52,837 nt of DNA from an uncultured Planctomycetales bacterium (lineage in GTDB: Bacteria; Planctomycetota; Phycisphaerae; UBA1845; PWPN01), in NCBI GenBank assembly GCA_964591605.1, contig CAZQEN010000004.1, positions 1 through 52,837 on the forward strand, given 5' to 3'. Below the pieces are notes generated by a model. That model made no database searches. It had not been told where the DNA came from and saw nothing but the letters and a program-made list of their open reading frames with translations. Below are positions 1 through 8,253 of this stretch, piece after piece (the stretch's first letter is position 1; the number at the start of each line of letters is the position of its first letter). Made by a program: the position numbers and the translations under genes.

Positions 1-1
1 G

Positions 2-958
2 TTCTGGTTCTATTCGCACCCGGCGGTGTACATCATGATCCTGCCGGCGATGGGCATCGTGTCGGACGTGCTGAGCGTTTTCGCCCGCAAGCCCATTTTC
101 GGCTACCGTCCGATGATCTACGCCATCGCGGCGATTGCCGGCCTGGGCTTCATCGTGTGGGGCCATCACATGTTCGTCTCGGGCATGAACCCGGCTCTGG
201 GCACCACCTTCACCCTCTCGACGATCATGATTGCCCTGCCGTCGGCGATCAAGACGTTCAACTGGCTGGGGACCCTCTGGGGCGGGAGTATCCGGTTCAC
301 CACGCCCATGCTCAACGCCCTGGGCTTCGTGTCGATGTTCGTGATCGGCGGGTTGTCGGGCATCTTCATGGCATCGACGCCGGTCGATCTCTTCATTCAC
401 GATACGTACTTCATCGTGGCCCACATTCACTACGTGCTGTTCGGCGGAAGCATTTTCGGCGCGTTCGCGGGGATCTATTACTGGTTCCCCAAGATGTTCG
501 GGCGGATGATGGACGAGACGTGGGGCAGGATTCACTTTTTCCTGACCTTCGTGACCTACAACTGCACCTTCTTTGCCATGCACATCCTGGGCATGGCGGG
601 GATGCCCCGGCGGTACGCGGGCTTCGGCAAGTACGCGTATCTCGATCACATGATCCCGGTGAACGAGTTCATCACGATCAGCGCGTTTCTGCTCGGGGCG
701 GTGCAGATCATCTTCGCGGTGAATTTCTTCTACTGCATGTTCAAGGGCCGCAAGGCGTCGCAGAATCCCTGGCAGGCCAACACCCTGGAGTGGCAGACGG
801 GCGATCCGGTGCCGGGGCACGGCAACTTTGAGTATACGCCGGTCGTTTATCGCGGGCCGTATGAGTACAGCCCGCCGGGAATCGAAGAGGACTATCTGCC
901 GCAGACGCGCAAACCGGTGGGTTCGTTCCCGGTGGCGCCGCAGCCGGTGACGGTGTAA
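2..958 (+). CDS. ctaD: cytochrome c oxidase subunit I, C-terminal 318 codons (5' end outside window)
   Basis: The frame is open from nt 2 (FWFYSHPAVYIMILPAMGIVSDV, the conserved helix-VI region). It continues through GHHMFVSGM and YFIVAHIHYVLFGG to a stop at 956-958. The ATG at 26 in the ORF track is internal. Confidence 0.95.
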   Translation, partial: FWFYSHPAVYIMILPAMGIVSDVLSVFARKPIFGYRPMIYAIAAIAGLGFIVWGHHMFVSGMNPALGTTFTLSTIMIALPSAIKTFNWLGTLWGGSIRFTTPMLNALGFVSMFVIGGLSGIFMASTPVDLFIHDTYFIVAHIHYVLFGGSIFGAFAGIYYWFPKMFGRMMDETWGRIHFFLTFVTYNCTFFAMHILGMAGMPRRYAGFGKYAYLDHMIPVNEFITISAFLLGAVQIIFAVNFFYCMFKGRKASQNPWQANTLEWQTGDPVPGHGNFEYTPVVYRGPYEYSPPGIEEDYLPQTRKPVGSFPVAPQPVTV

Positions 959-963
959 AGAGC

Positions 964-981
964 CGCGGGCTTCAGCCCGCG
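964..981. repeat. REP-like hairpin, family C (CGCGGGC-TTCA-GCCCGCG)
   Basis: Perfect 7-bp stem with a 4-nt loop just after the ctaD stop. The same core recurs at 14559-14572 and, inverted, at 14651-14663. Confidence 0.7.
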
Positions 982-1028
982 CGGTCGTGCGAATGAGGTG
1001 CACGCAACACCCGCGTGGTGCCCGCGAA

Positions 1029-1056
1029 GTGAGACGTGAGACGTGAGACGTGAGAC
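1029..1056. repeat. heptanucleotide microsatellite (GTGAGAC)x4
   Basis: Four perfect tandem copies read directly. They overlap the first possible start codon of ctaA. Confidence 0.95.
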
Positions 1057-2062
1057 GGAAAAACAGGATGATTGCTGCCTTTGGCGATACCGATTCGCGC
1101 AGGCGGTCGTGGTCGCGACGTTTCTGCTGATTGGTGTGGGCGGGAACGTGACCAGCAAGGGCGTCGGGATGTCCGTGCCGGACTGGCCGACGTCGTTCGG
1201 CTCGTTCAACCCGGCCGGCTGGACCCGCAACATGGATGGTGCGGTCTATGGCGTGCGCGATGAGCACTTTCACCGGCTCATGGGCGCCACCGTCGGTGTG
1301 CTGGTGATCATCCTCACCGGTTGGCTGCTGGCATTCCGGCTCGCGCCGTTCCTTCGTGAGAAAAAACTGGTGTTCAAAGAGCCGCGTGCGTGGGTGCGCC
1401 GGCTGGGCCTGGCCTCGCTGCTCGCGGTGATCGTGCAGGGGCTCATGGGGGGCTTCCGGGTGACGGAGATTTCGCTGGTGCTGGCGATCATCCACGGCTG
1501 TTTCGCCCAGGCGGTGTTCTGCCTGCTCATCGCGCTGGCGATGGCCCTGTCTCCCCACTGGCCCCGGGCGGGCGTGGTGAGCCCGGCGGGCTCGGCGGCG
1601 CTGGACCTCAACCGCCGCCTTCGCCTCTGGACGATGATGCTGACCGGGGCGGTTTACCTGCAGCTTGTGCTCGGTGCGATCTTCCGGCACACGGGGGTAG
1701 GGGTCATGGGCATCGTGCACGTGGGTGGGGCGCTGGTGGTGGGCAGCCTGCTCATCCAGGCGGCCAATTACAGCATGGGGCGGCCGGAGTCCGATCGGCT
1801 GAGCCGTCTGACCATCGGGCTCTTCCTGCTCTATGGCGTGCAGGTGGTGCTGGGCGTGGCGTCTTATCTCGCGGTGCTGTCGATGAACGGTCGAAATCCG
1901 GCCGGCGTGATTCAGACGTATGCCCCGACGCTGCACGTGGCGGTGGGGGCGGTGATCCTGGGTACGAGCTTCGCCCTGGCCCTGCGATCGGTTGCGGTGA
2001 CCGGCGGGAGGGCGAACTCCGCTTTTGATGTGCGCATGACGGAGGGGGAGGTGCTGGCATGA
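1043..2062 (+). CDS. ctaA: heme A synthase (COX15/CtaA family)
   Basis: Polytopic membrane ORF with VPDWPTSFG near the N-terminus and His-bearing helices (HRLMG, IIHGCFAQ, FRHTG, HVGGA, LHVAVGA). It lies between ctaD and ctaB. An in-frame TGA at 1037-1039 makes GTG 1043 the first usable start, so the start is uncertain. Confidence 0.8.
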   Translation: MRRETEKQDDCCLWRYRFAQAVVVATFLLIGVGGNVTSKGVGMSVPDWPTSFGSFNPAGWTRNMDGAVYGVRDEHFHRLMGATVGVLVIILTGWLLAFRLAPFLREKKLVFKEPRAWVRRLGLASLLAVIVQGLMGGFRVTEISLVLAIIHGCFAQAVFCLLIALAMALSPHWPRAGVVSPAGSAALDLNRRLRLWTMMLTGAVYLQLVLGAIFRHTGVGVMGIVHVGGALVVGSLLIQAANYSMGRPESDRLSRLTIGLFLLYGVQVVLGVASYLAVLSMNGRNPAGVIQTYAPTLHVAVGAVILGTSFALALRSVAVTGGRANSAFDVRMTEGEVLA

Positions 2063-2976
2063 ATACGGGGCCGCAAGCCAAGAGCCTGGCGATGCCCGCG
2101 GTGAACCGGTCGACGGTCCTGCGCGACTACTTCGAACTGACCAAGCCGCGGCTGGCGATGCTGGTTCTGGTGACGGCCGCGGTCGGTCTGTTCGTGGGAT
2201 ACCGCGAGCCGGTGGGGCCGGACTTTTTCATCGTGCTGGGGCACCTGGTGTTCGGGACGGGCCTGCTGGCCGGCGGTGCGATGGCGCTGAATCAGTATCT
2301 GGAGCGCGACACCGACGCGCTGATGCACCGGACGATGGTGCGGCCGCTGCCGTCGGGGCGGATCGCCCCGGCCGACGCCCTGGCCTTCGGGATTCTGCTC
2401 TCGGTCTGCGGACTGGCGTACCTGGGCCTGCTGGTGAACTGGCTGACCGGGCTGCTGGGCTTCCTGACGATCAGCAGCTACCTGTTTGCCTATACACCCC
2501 TTAAAACCCGCACTTCCCTCTGCACGATCGTGGGGGCGGTGCCGGGGGCGCTGCCGCCGATGATGGGGTATGCGGCCGCGACGGGGACGGTGGACGCCCG
2601 GGCGTGGGCCCTGTTTGCGATTCTGTTCATCTGGCAGATGCCGCATTTTCTGGCCATCGCCTGGCTCTATCGCGAAGACTACGCCCGAGGGCGGCAGCTC
2701 ATGCTGCCGGTGGTCGATCCCAGCGGCCATGCGACGGCCCGGCAGATGGTGATCTTCAGCCTCGCCCTGCTGCCGATCACGTTCGTGCCGAGCCTGGTGG
2801 GGCTGGCGGGCGGCATTTATTTCATCGCGGCGCTGCTGCTGGGGCTGGTGTTCCTGGCGTTTGGGATTCTGGTGGCGATCTGGAAGACCGAGTCGTCGGC
2901 CCGGCAGATGTTCATCGTGTCGGTGCTGTATCTGCCGCTGCTGCTGGGCGTGATGGTGGCGGATCGGCTGCCGTAG
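2059..2976 (+). CDS. ctaB: protoheme IX farnesyltransferase (heme O synthase)
   Basis: YFELTKPRL N-terminus, UbiA-type motif NQYLERDTDALMHRT...RPLPSGRI, and nine-TM-like hydrophobicity. It overlaps the ctaA stop by 4 nt. Confidence 0.93.
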   Translation: MNTGPQAKSLAMPAVNRSTVLRDYFELTKPRLAMLVLVTAAVGLFVGYREPVGPDFFIVLGHLVFGTGLLAGGAMALNQYLERDTDALMHRTMVRPLPSGRIAPADALAFGILLSVCGLAYLGLLVNWLTGLLGFLTISSYLFAYTPLKTRTSLCTIVGAVPGALPPMMGYAAATGTVDARAWALFAILFIWQMPHFLAIAWLYREDYARGRQLMLPVVDPSGHATARQMVIFSLALLPITFVPSLVGLAGGIYFIAALLLGLVFLAFGILVAIWKTESSARQMFIVSVLYLPLLLGVMVADRLP

Positions 2977-2980
2977 TGAC

Positions 2981-3249
2981 GTAGGGTGGGCTCTGCCCAC
3001 CCCTCCCAGTGGGGTAGGGTGGGCTTTGCCCACCATTCCCGGCCGCCACGGGGGGCGGCCGCTACAGCAGCAGGGTGGGCATTGCCCAACATGGCGACGC
3101 CGGAGGTTGGCGCGTAACAGGAATGGTGGGCGGGGACCGCCCTGCAAACGGTGGGCGGAGCCCACCCTACAAACGGTGGGCAGAGCCCACCCTACAAATG
3201 GTGGGCAGAGCCCACCCTACGGGTTGATGGTGGGCAGAGCCCACCCTAC
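2981..3249. repeat. REP family A array: 8 copies of GGTGGGC-N3/4-GCCCACC(CTAC)
   Basis: Copies lie at 2981-3001, 3014-3034, 3072-3090 (degenerate), 3125-3145 (degenerate), 3050-3070, 3075-3095, 3200-3220 and 3229-3249. The first three have GTAGG on the left and the last ones have CCTAC on the right, so the two groups face each other. Confidence 0.9.
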
Positions 3250-3260
3250 GGAGTGTGCTT

Positions 3261-3902
3261 ATGTCGGATATGGCCGTCATGGAGCAGGAGCTGACGGAAT
3301 CGCCGGGGAACCGGATGCCAGCGGAGAGCTACGTGCCGCCGGTGCCGGATCACAAGTTCGGCATGTGGCTGTTCCTGGCGAGCGAGGTGATGTTTTTCAC
3401 CGGCCTGCTGGGGACGTACCTGGTGCTGCGGCTCTCGGACCCGGCGGGGTTTGACCGGGAGGCGGCCAACCTGCACTGGGAGCCGGCGGCGATGAATACG
3501 CTCGTGCTGATCTTCAGCAGCCTCACGATGGCGCTGTCGATCCACTGGGCGCAGGTCGGCGATGCGGGCAAGACCAAGCTGTTCCTGATCATCACGATTC
3601 TGTGCGGTTTCGCGTTCATGGGGATCAAGGCGTATGAGTATGCGGGCAAGTTCAGCCACGGAATCTATCCGTCGACACACGTGTTCTACGCGTGCTACTT
3701 CGTGCTGACGGGAGTGCACGGGCTGCACGTGGTGGGCGGCGTGATTCCGCTCATCTGGGCGCTGGGCCGGGTGATGGTGGCCCGCGACGTGCGGATGCGG
3801 GCGGGCTTCCTCGAACTGCTGGGGCTGTACTGGCACTTTGTCGACCTGGTGTGGATCTTCCTGTTCCCGTTGTTCTATCTGCTGCACAGCGCTCCGCATT
3901 GA
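3261..3902 (+). CDS. ctaE: cytochrome c oxidase subunit III
   Basis: FGMWLFLASEVMFFTGLLGTY and YWHFVDLVWIFLFPLFYL motifs. ATG 3261 lies 7 nt after ACGGAG. GTG 3255, ATG 3270 and ATG 3279 are alternative starts. Confidence 0.93.
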   Translation: MSDMAVMEQELTESPGNRMPAESYVPPVPDHKFGMWLFLASEVMFFTGLLGTYLVLRLSDPAGFDREAANLHWEPAAMNTLVLIFSSLTMALSIHWAQVGDAGKTKLFLIITILCGFAFMGIKAYEYAGKFSHGIYPSTHVFYACYFVLTGVHGLHVVGGVIPLIWALGRVMVARDVRMRAGFLELLGLYWHFVDLVWIFLFPLFYLLHSAPH

Positions 3903-3998
3903 TGGGATGGCCTGCCGGAGACGTGCACGACGGGATCAGGTTTCGACCCCCGAATGGCGGCAGGCCCGCCATGGCGGACATCGAGCTGGAGAATAGTG

Positions 3999-4553
3999 AT
4001 GGAGAAGACGCAAACACACGGTGCACCCGAGGCGGTCGTGCATGCCGTCCCGCACGGGGGCGCTCACGATGCGGCCCACGGCCCGACGGTCAGCGTGTAC
4101 TACACGATTTTCGGGTGCCTGGCGGTGCTGACGTTTCTGACCGTGCTCGTGTCACGTCTCCACCTGCCGCCGGTGGCGGCGGTGGTGATGGCGTTTCTGA
4201 TCGCCATCAGCAAGGCCACGCTGGTGGTCGCGTTCTTCATGCACCTCAAGTACGACCCGAAGGTGCTGCGGATCATGTGCGTGGTGCCGGTCGTGCTGAC
4301 GATGATCGCCATGATGGCGCTGATGCCGGATATCGCGATGAGCGGCCCGCAGGCGGCCGGCCCGACCGACGTGGCCCGCCAGATCATCGCTGAGTATGAG
4401 GCGGGCGGAGGGGCCGGTCACGGCAGCCAGCACGCCGAGGGCGCGGAGGGGCACGAAGCGGCCGGGGGGGATGAGGCTGCGGCAGAGGGTGATGGCTCCT
4501 CCGGCGAGCAGCCCGCCGCCGAGGATGCCCAGGAGCAGCCAGCCTCGAACTGA
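3999..4553 (+). CDS. ctaF: cytochrome c oxidase subunit IV (prokaryotic COX4/CyoD-like small subunit) with Gly/Ala/Glu-rich tail
   Basis: The pattern HGPTVSVYYTIFGCLAVLTFLTV...ISKATLVVAFFMHLKYD, with three TM helices, is typical of this family. It sits directly after ctaE. ATG 3999 is preferred over the ORF-track start at 3954. Confidence 0.75.
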   Translation: MEKTQTHGAPEAVVHAVPHGGAHDAAHGPTVSVYYTIFGCLAVLTFLTVLVSRLHLPPVAAVVMAFLIAISKATLVVAFFMHLKYDPKVLRIMCVVPVVLTMIAMMALMPDIAMSGPQAAGPTDVARQIIAEYEAGGGAGHGSQHAEGAEGHEAAGGDEAAAEGDGSSGEQPAAEDAQEQPASN

Positions 4554-4603
4554 GACACGCCGGAGGCGCATTCTGGAGTGCGGCTGCGGCGGCTGTGAGC
4601 TCT

Positions 4604-4659
4604 CAGGAAGGCAGGAACGCAGGAAGCGGGATTCGTTTTCCTGCGTACCTGCGTTCCTT
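4604..4659 (+). terminator. octamer-repeat hairpin, putative 3' end of the cta transcript
   Basis: (CAGGAAGG)(CAGGAACG)(CAGGAAGC) is followed by the inverted TTTCCTGCG / TACCTGCG / TTCCTTATCG. ACGCAGGAA 4617-4625 pairs with TTCCTGCGT 4638-4646. A T-rich tail (TATCGTTGTTGTG) follows. Confidence 0.4.
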
Positions 4660-4806
4660 ATCGTTGTTGTGAATGCGGGGGGCGACGTTTCATAGGGCGA
4701 CGGGGCGCCATTCCGCAGCAATGGAAGCGCCCCCGAGCCAAAGCGGCGTCGCAGCCGCCGCACTCCAAAGGGCTTGCGCCCGAGCGCGTGATCCAGCCGG
4801 CCGTCC

Positions 4807-5727
4807 ATGGCACCAGCACCCATCGAGATCGAGTCTTTGTCGCACCGCTACCGCGAGCGGCTCGCCCTCGACAGCGTGTCGCTGGAGGTCCGGCCCGGCG
4901 AGGTGTTCGCCCTGCTCGGGCCCAACGGGGGCGGAAAGACGACGCTGTTTCGCATTCTGTGCACGTCGATGGCACCGTCGGCCGGCCGGGCGAGCATCTG
5001 CGGGCAGGATGTCGTGACGCAGGCCGACGCGGTGCGGCGGCTGATCGGGGTCGTGTTTCAGCACCCGAGCCTCGACGCGAAGCTGACAGTGCGCGAGAAC
5101 CTGATGCACCAGGGTCACCTCTACGGCCTGGCGGGGGCTGCTCTGCAGTCGCGCATCGATGAGATGCTGCAGCGGTTCGCCGTGGTGGACCGGGCCCGCG
5201 ACCGGGTCGATACGCTCTCGGGCGGGCTGGCCCGGCGGGTGGACCTGGCCAAGGGGTTGCTGCACCGCCCGCGCGTACTGCTGCTCGACGAGCCGAGCAC
5301 CGGCCTGGACCCGCAGGCCCGATGGAACGTGTGGCAGTATCTGGACCGGTGCCGCCGCGAGGACGGGCTGACCGTCCTGATGACGACGCACTTCATGGAC
5401 GAGGCCGACCGCTGCGACCGCGTGGGGATCATCGACGCGGGGCGGTTGGTCGCGGTGGGCACGCCGGAATCGCTGAAATCGGAGATTTCGGGCGACGTGC
5501 TGCACATCGAGGGCGACGATCCGGAGGCGTTGTGCGCGGGACTCAAGCAGCGGTTCGGCCTGGAGGCCCGGCTGGTCGACGGCCAGGTCCGCGTCGAGCG
5601 CCCGCGGGCCCACGAGTTCATCCCGCAGCTCGTGGAGGCGTTTCCCGAGAGAATCCGGTCCGTGTCTCTGAAAAAACCGACGCTCGAAGAGGTGTTCATC
5701 CATTGCACGGGGCACCGGTTCGAGTGA
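4807..5727 (+). CDS. ABC transporter ATP-binding protein (ABC-2/DrrA-NosF-like)
   Basis: Walker A GPNGGGKTT, signature LSGGLARR, Walker B LLLDEPSTGLD and H-loop TTHFMDEA. Confidence 0.93.
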   Translation: MAPAPIEIESLSHRYRERLALDSVSLEVRPGEVFALLGPNGGGKTTLFRILCTSMAPSAGRASICGQDVVTQADAVRRLIGVVFQHPSLDAKLTVRENLMHQGHLYGLAGAALQSRIDEMLQRFAVVDRARDRVDTLSGGLARRVDLAKGLLHRPRVLLLDEPSTGLDPQARWNVWQYLDRCRREDGLTVLMTTHFMDEADRCDRVGIIDAGRLVAVGTPESLKSEISGDVLHIEGDDPEALCAGLKQRFGLEARLVDGQVRVERPRAHEFIPQLVEAFPERIRSVSLKKPTLEEVFIHCTGHRFE

Positions 5728-5815
5728 ATTGCCGATTGTCGATTTCCAATTTCCGAATTCAGGGCGCATCGTCTTCACATTGGCAATCGACCATCGGAAT
5801 GTGGGAATTGAGACG

Positions 5816-6643
5816 ATGTCCGAGGCCATCATCCATCCTCAAGTCGCTCCATCGCCTGCCAGTGTGGGCCTGCTCTCGACGCTGACCCTCTGGCGGCGTG
5901 AGTTTGTGCGGTTCATCCGCCAGCGCAGCCGCGTGGCGGGGGCGCTGGGCTCGCCGGTGGTGTTCTGGGCACTCATCGGCCTGGGGTTGGGGACGAGTTT
6001 CAACCCGCCGGGCAGCACGGTGAGCGTGAGCTACCTCGAGTACTTCTTTCCGGGCACGCTCGTGCTCATTCTGCTGTTCACGTCGATCTTTTCGACCATC
6101 TCGCTGATCGAGGACCGCCGCGAGGGCTTTTTGCAGGCGGTTCTCGTTTCGCCGGCGCCGCGGTACAGCATCGCTCTGGGCAAGATCCTGGGCGGCACGA
6201 GCCTGGCGTGGCTGCAGGGGGTGCTGTTCCTGCTGCTGGCCCCGCTCAGCGGGATCCACCTGACGCCCGGCGCGGTCGCGGGGCTGGTGCTCATCACTTT
6301 TCTGGTGGCGTTCGGCCTGACCGGGCTGGGGTTCCTGATCGCCTGGCCGATGGAGAGCACCCAGGGCTTTCACGCCATCATGAACCTGTTTCTGATCCCG
6401 ATGTGGCTGCTGAGCGGGGCGTTGTTTCCTGCCGCCGGGGCGCCGGGGTGGCTACAATGGGTGATGCGGGCCAACCCCGTGACCTACGGCGTGGCGGCCG
6501 TCCGGGCGATGTTTTATGACGACGTTCGGGCCGTGACCGGCGGATCGCCGCCGACGCTGGCCGTCTCGATGACGGTGATCGTGCTATTCGGTATCCTGAC
6601 CCTGGCCGCCTCCGCCAAACTGACGGCCCGACAGCGAGGATGA
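5816..6643 (+). CDS. ABC-2 type transporter permease
   Basis: Six-TM hydrophobic ORF immediately after the ATPase. ATG 5816 is preferred; TTG 5729 is also possible. Confidence 0.8.
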   Translation: MSEAIIHPQVAPSPASVGLLSTLTLWRREFVRFIRQRSRVAGALGSPVVFWALIGLGLGTSFNPPGSTVSVSYLEYFFPGTLVLILLFTSIFSTISLIEDRREGFLQAVLVSPAPRYSIALGKILGGTSLAWLQGVLFLLLAPLSGIHLTPGAVAGLVLITFLVAFGLTGLGFLIAWPMESTQGFHAIMNLFLIPMWLLSGALFPAAGAPGWLQWVMRANPVTYGVAAVRAMFYDDVRAVTGGSPPTLAVSMTVIVLFGILTLAASAKLTARQRG

Positions 6644-6647
6644 CATC

Positions 6648-7388
6648 ATGACTCACGACCCTGATCCTGCACCTGCACCTCAGCCGCCGTCTGGACCAGC
6701 CGGCCCCGGCGCGAGTGTGCGACGATGGGGACCCCTGCTCGTGTTGCCGGTCTCCGTGCTGTTTGTGGCGTCGGCGTTTGCTCTGAAGTGGAGGGCCGAG
6801 CAGGCCCGGGAGCGGGCGGCGGCTGATGGGACGCAGATCAGCAGTTGCTGCGTCCACCACGGCGCGGAGCCGCAGACGATCTCGCGGGCGGTGCCGGATT
6901 TCTCGCTCACTGAGCGGAGCGGCCGGACGGTCGCCTTGAAGGATCTCGAAGGGAAGGTGTGGGTGGCGAACTTCATCTACACGACGTGCCCGGGGCCGTG
7001 CCCGATCATGACGTCGCGCCTGGCGGCGCTGGCGAAGGAGCTGCCGGTTCGCGACGATCTGATGTACGTCTCGTTCAGCGTCGACCCCGATCATGACACG
7101 CCGGAGGTGCTGGCGAAGTTCGCCGACCGGTACGGAGCGGACGCGAAGCGCTGGCTGTTTCTGACCGGTCCGCGCGAGGAGATTCACACCCTTTCGACCA
7201 CGGGTTTCCTGCTGGCCCTCAACCGCACGACGCAGCCCTCGGCCGACGGCCCGATCGTCCACAGCACGCGGTTCGTCCTCGTCGGCCGCGACGGGAGGAT
7301 TCACAGCTACTATGACGGGATCGACGCCAAGGCGGTGGCGCAGCTCAAGGCTGAGATCCTCAAACTCCTGGAAGACAAGCCCACGTGA
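6648..7388 (+). CDS. SCO1/SenC family copper chaperone (thioredoxin fold)
   Basis: N-terminal TM segment, CxxxC motif in FIYTTCPGPCPIM, FSVDPDHDTPEVL, and a conserved His in VHSTRFVLVGRDG. Confidence 0.9.
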   Translation: MTHDPDPAPAPQPPSGPAGPGASVRRWGPLLVLPVSVLFVASAFALKWRAEQARERAAADGTQISSCCVHHGAEPQTISRAVPDFSLTERSGRTVALKDLEGKVWVANFIYTTCPGPCPIMTSRLAALAKELPVRDDLMYVSFSVDPDHDTPEVLAKFADRYGADAKRWLFLTGPREEIHTLSTTGFLLALNRTTQPSADGPIVHSTRFVLVGRDGRIHSYYDGIDAKAVAQLKAEILKLLEDKPT

Positions 7389-7840
7389 TCGAGGTCTCCG
7401 ATCTTCCGACGGTCAACGCGAGTCTGAACGCGACGTCCGCGGTGCTGCTTGCGCTGGGGTACCGTTTCATCCGCCGGCGGCGGGTGCACGCCCACCGGGT
7501 CTGCATGCTGGCGGCATTCGGCGTGTCGATCGTGTTTCTGGCCTGCTACGTGACGTATCATGTGCTCCGGCGGCGGATGACCGGCGAGGCGCACACACTT
7601 TTCACCGGGACGGGCCTGGTACGGCCGATCTATTACACGATCCTCATCTCGCACCTCATCCTGGCGATGGCCGTCGTGCCGCTGGCCTTGACGACGCTGT
7701 ATTACGCCCTGCGGGCCCGGTTCGAGACGCACCGCCGGGTCGCCCGCTGGACGCTGCCGATCTGGCTGTACGTGTCGGTGACGGGAGTGGCGGTGTACCT
7801 GATGCTGTATCACCTCTATCCGGCATCGGCCGGGCCGTGA
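7385..7840 (+). CDS. DUF420 family membrane protein (oxidase-cluster associated)
   Basis: Four-TM ORF with LNATSAVLLALGYRFIRRRRVHAHRVCMLAAF, typical of DUF420 proteins found next to SCO1 and cta genes. Its GTG start overlaps the SCO1 stop (GTGA). Confidence 0.8.
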   Translation: MIEVSDLPTVNASLNATSAVLLALGYRFIRRRRVHAHRVCMLAAFGVSIVFLACYVTYHVLRRRMTGEAHTLFTGTGLVRPIYYTILISHLILAMAVVPLALTTLYYALRARFETHRRVARWTLPIWLYVSVTGVAVYLMLYHLYPASAGP

Positions 7841-7936
7841 GTGCGAAAGTGAGAAAGTGAGAAGGTGCGAAAGTGCGAAAGTGAGAAAGTGAGAAAGTGC
7901 GAAGGTGAGAAAGTGCGAAAGCGAGAAAGTGAGAAA
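7841..7936. repeat. octanucleotide microsatellite (GTGMGAAR)x12
   Basis: Twelve contiguous 8-mers begin 1 nt after the DUF420 stop. Confidence 0.95.
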
Positions 7937-7986
7937 GGAACATGCGACGTGAGACGTGAAATGTTCGTATTGCATCGATGTGCCGC

Positions 7987-8147
7987 TCTCACATCTCACA
8001 TCTCACATCGAACATCTCGCCTTTCACACCTCACCTTTCACACCTCACCTCTCACGTCTTGCCTCTCACGTCTCACCTCCCACATCTAACCTCTAACGTC
8101 TCACCTGTCACCTCTCGCGTCTCACATCGAACATCTGACATCACACG
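7987..8147. repeat. heptanucleotide microsatellite (TCTCACN)x23, reverse complement of the GTGAGAC family
   Basis: 161 nt with strict 7-nt periodicity, read directly (tctcaca tctcaca tctcaca tcgaaca ...). Confidence 0.95.
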
Positions 8148-8216
8148 TTCCCTTCTCACCTTCTCATTCTCTCGCTTTCTCACTTTCGCACTTTCTCACC
8201 TTCGCACCTTCCCACT
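8148..8216. repeat. inverted copy of the octamer array (YTTCKCAC)x~8
   Basis: 8183-8207 is the exact reverse complement of 7897-7921 (GTGCGAAGGTGAGAAAGTGCGAAAG), giving a perfect 25-bp inverted repeat. Confidence 0.95.
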
Positions 8217-8253
8217 GTCGCTGCCGTGGCATTGAGCCGCTTCGGCACGTATC

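Noticed and set aside
1912-3165. 417-codon minus-strand ORF.
   Set aside because: It is antisense to ctaA and ctaB and runs through the REP array. Its Arg/Pro/Gly/His-rich composition is typical of spurious ORFs in high-G+C DNA.
2981-3249. Considered whether the REP arrays (also 13056-13325 and 32527-32612) could be CRISPR arrays.
   Set aside because: The repeats are ~20-bp self-complementary units with irregular 3-45-nt gaps, and they occur in both orientations within one array. No cas genes or leader are present.
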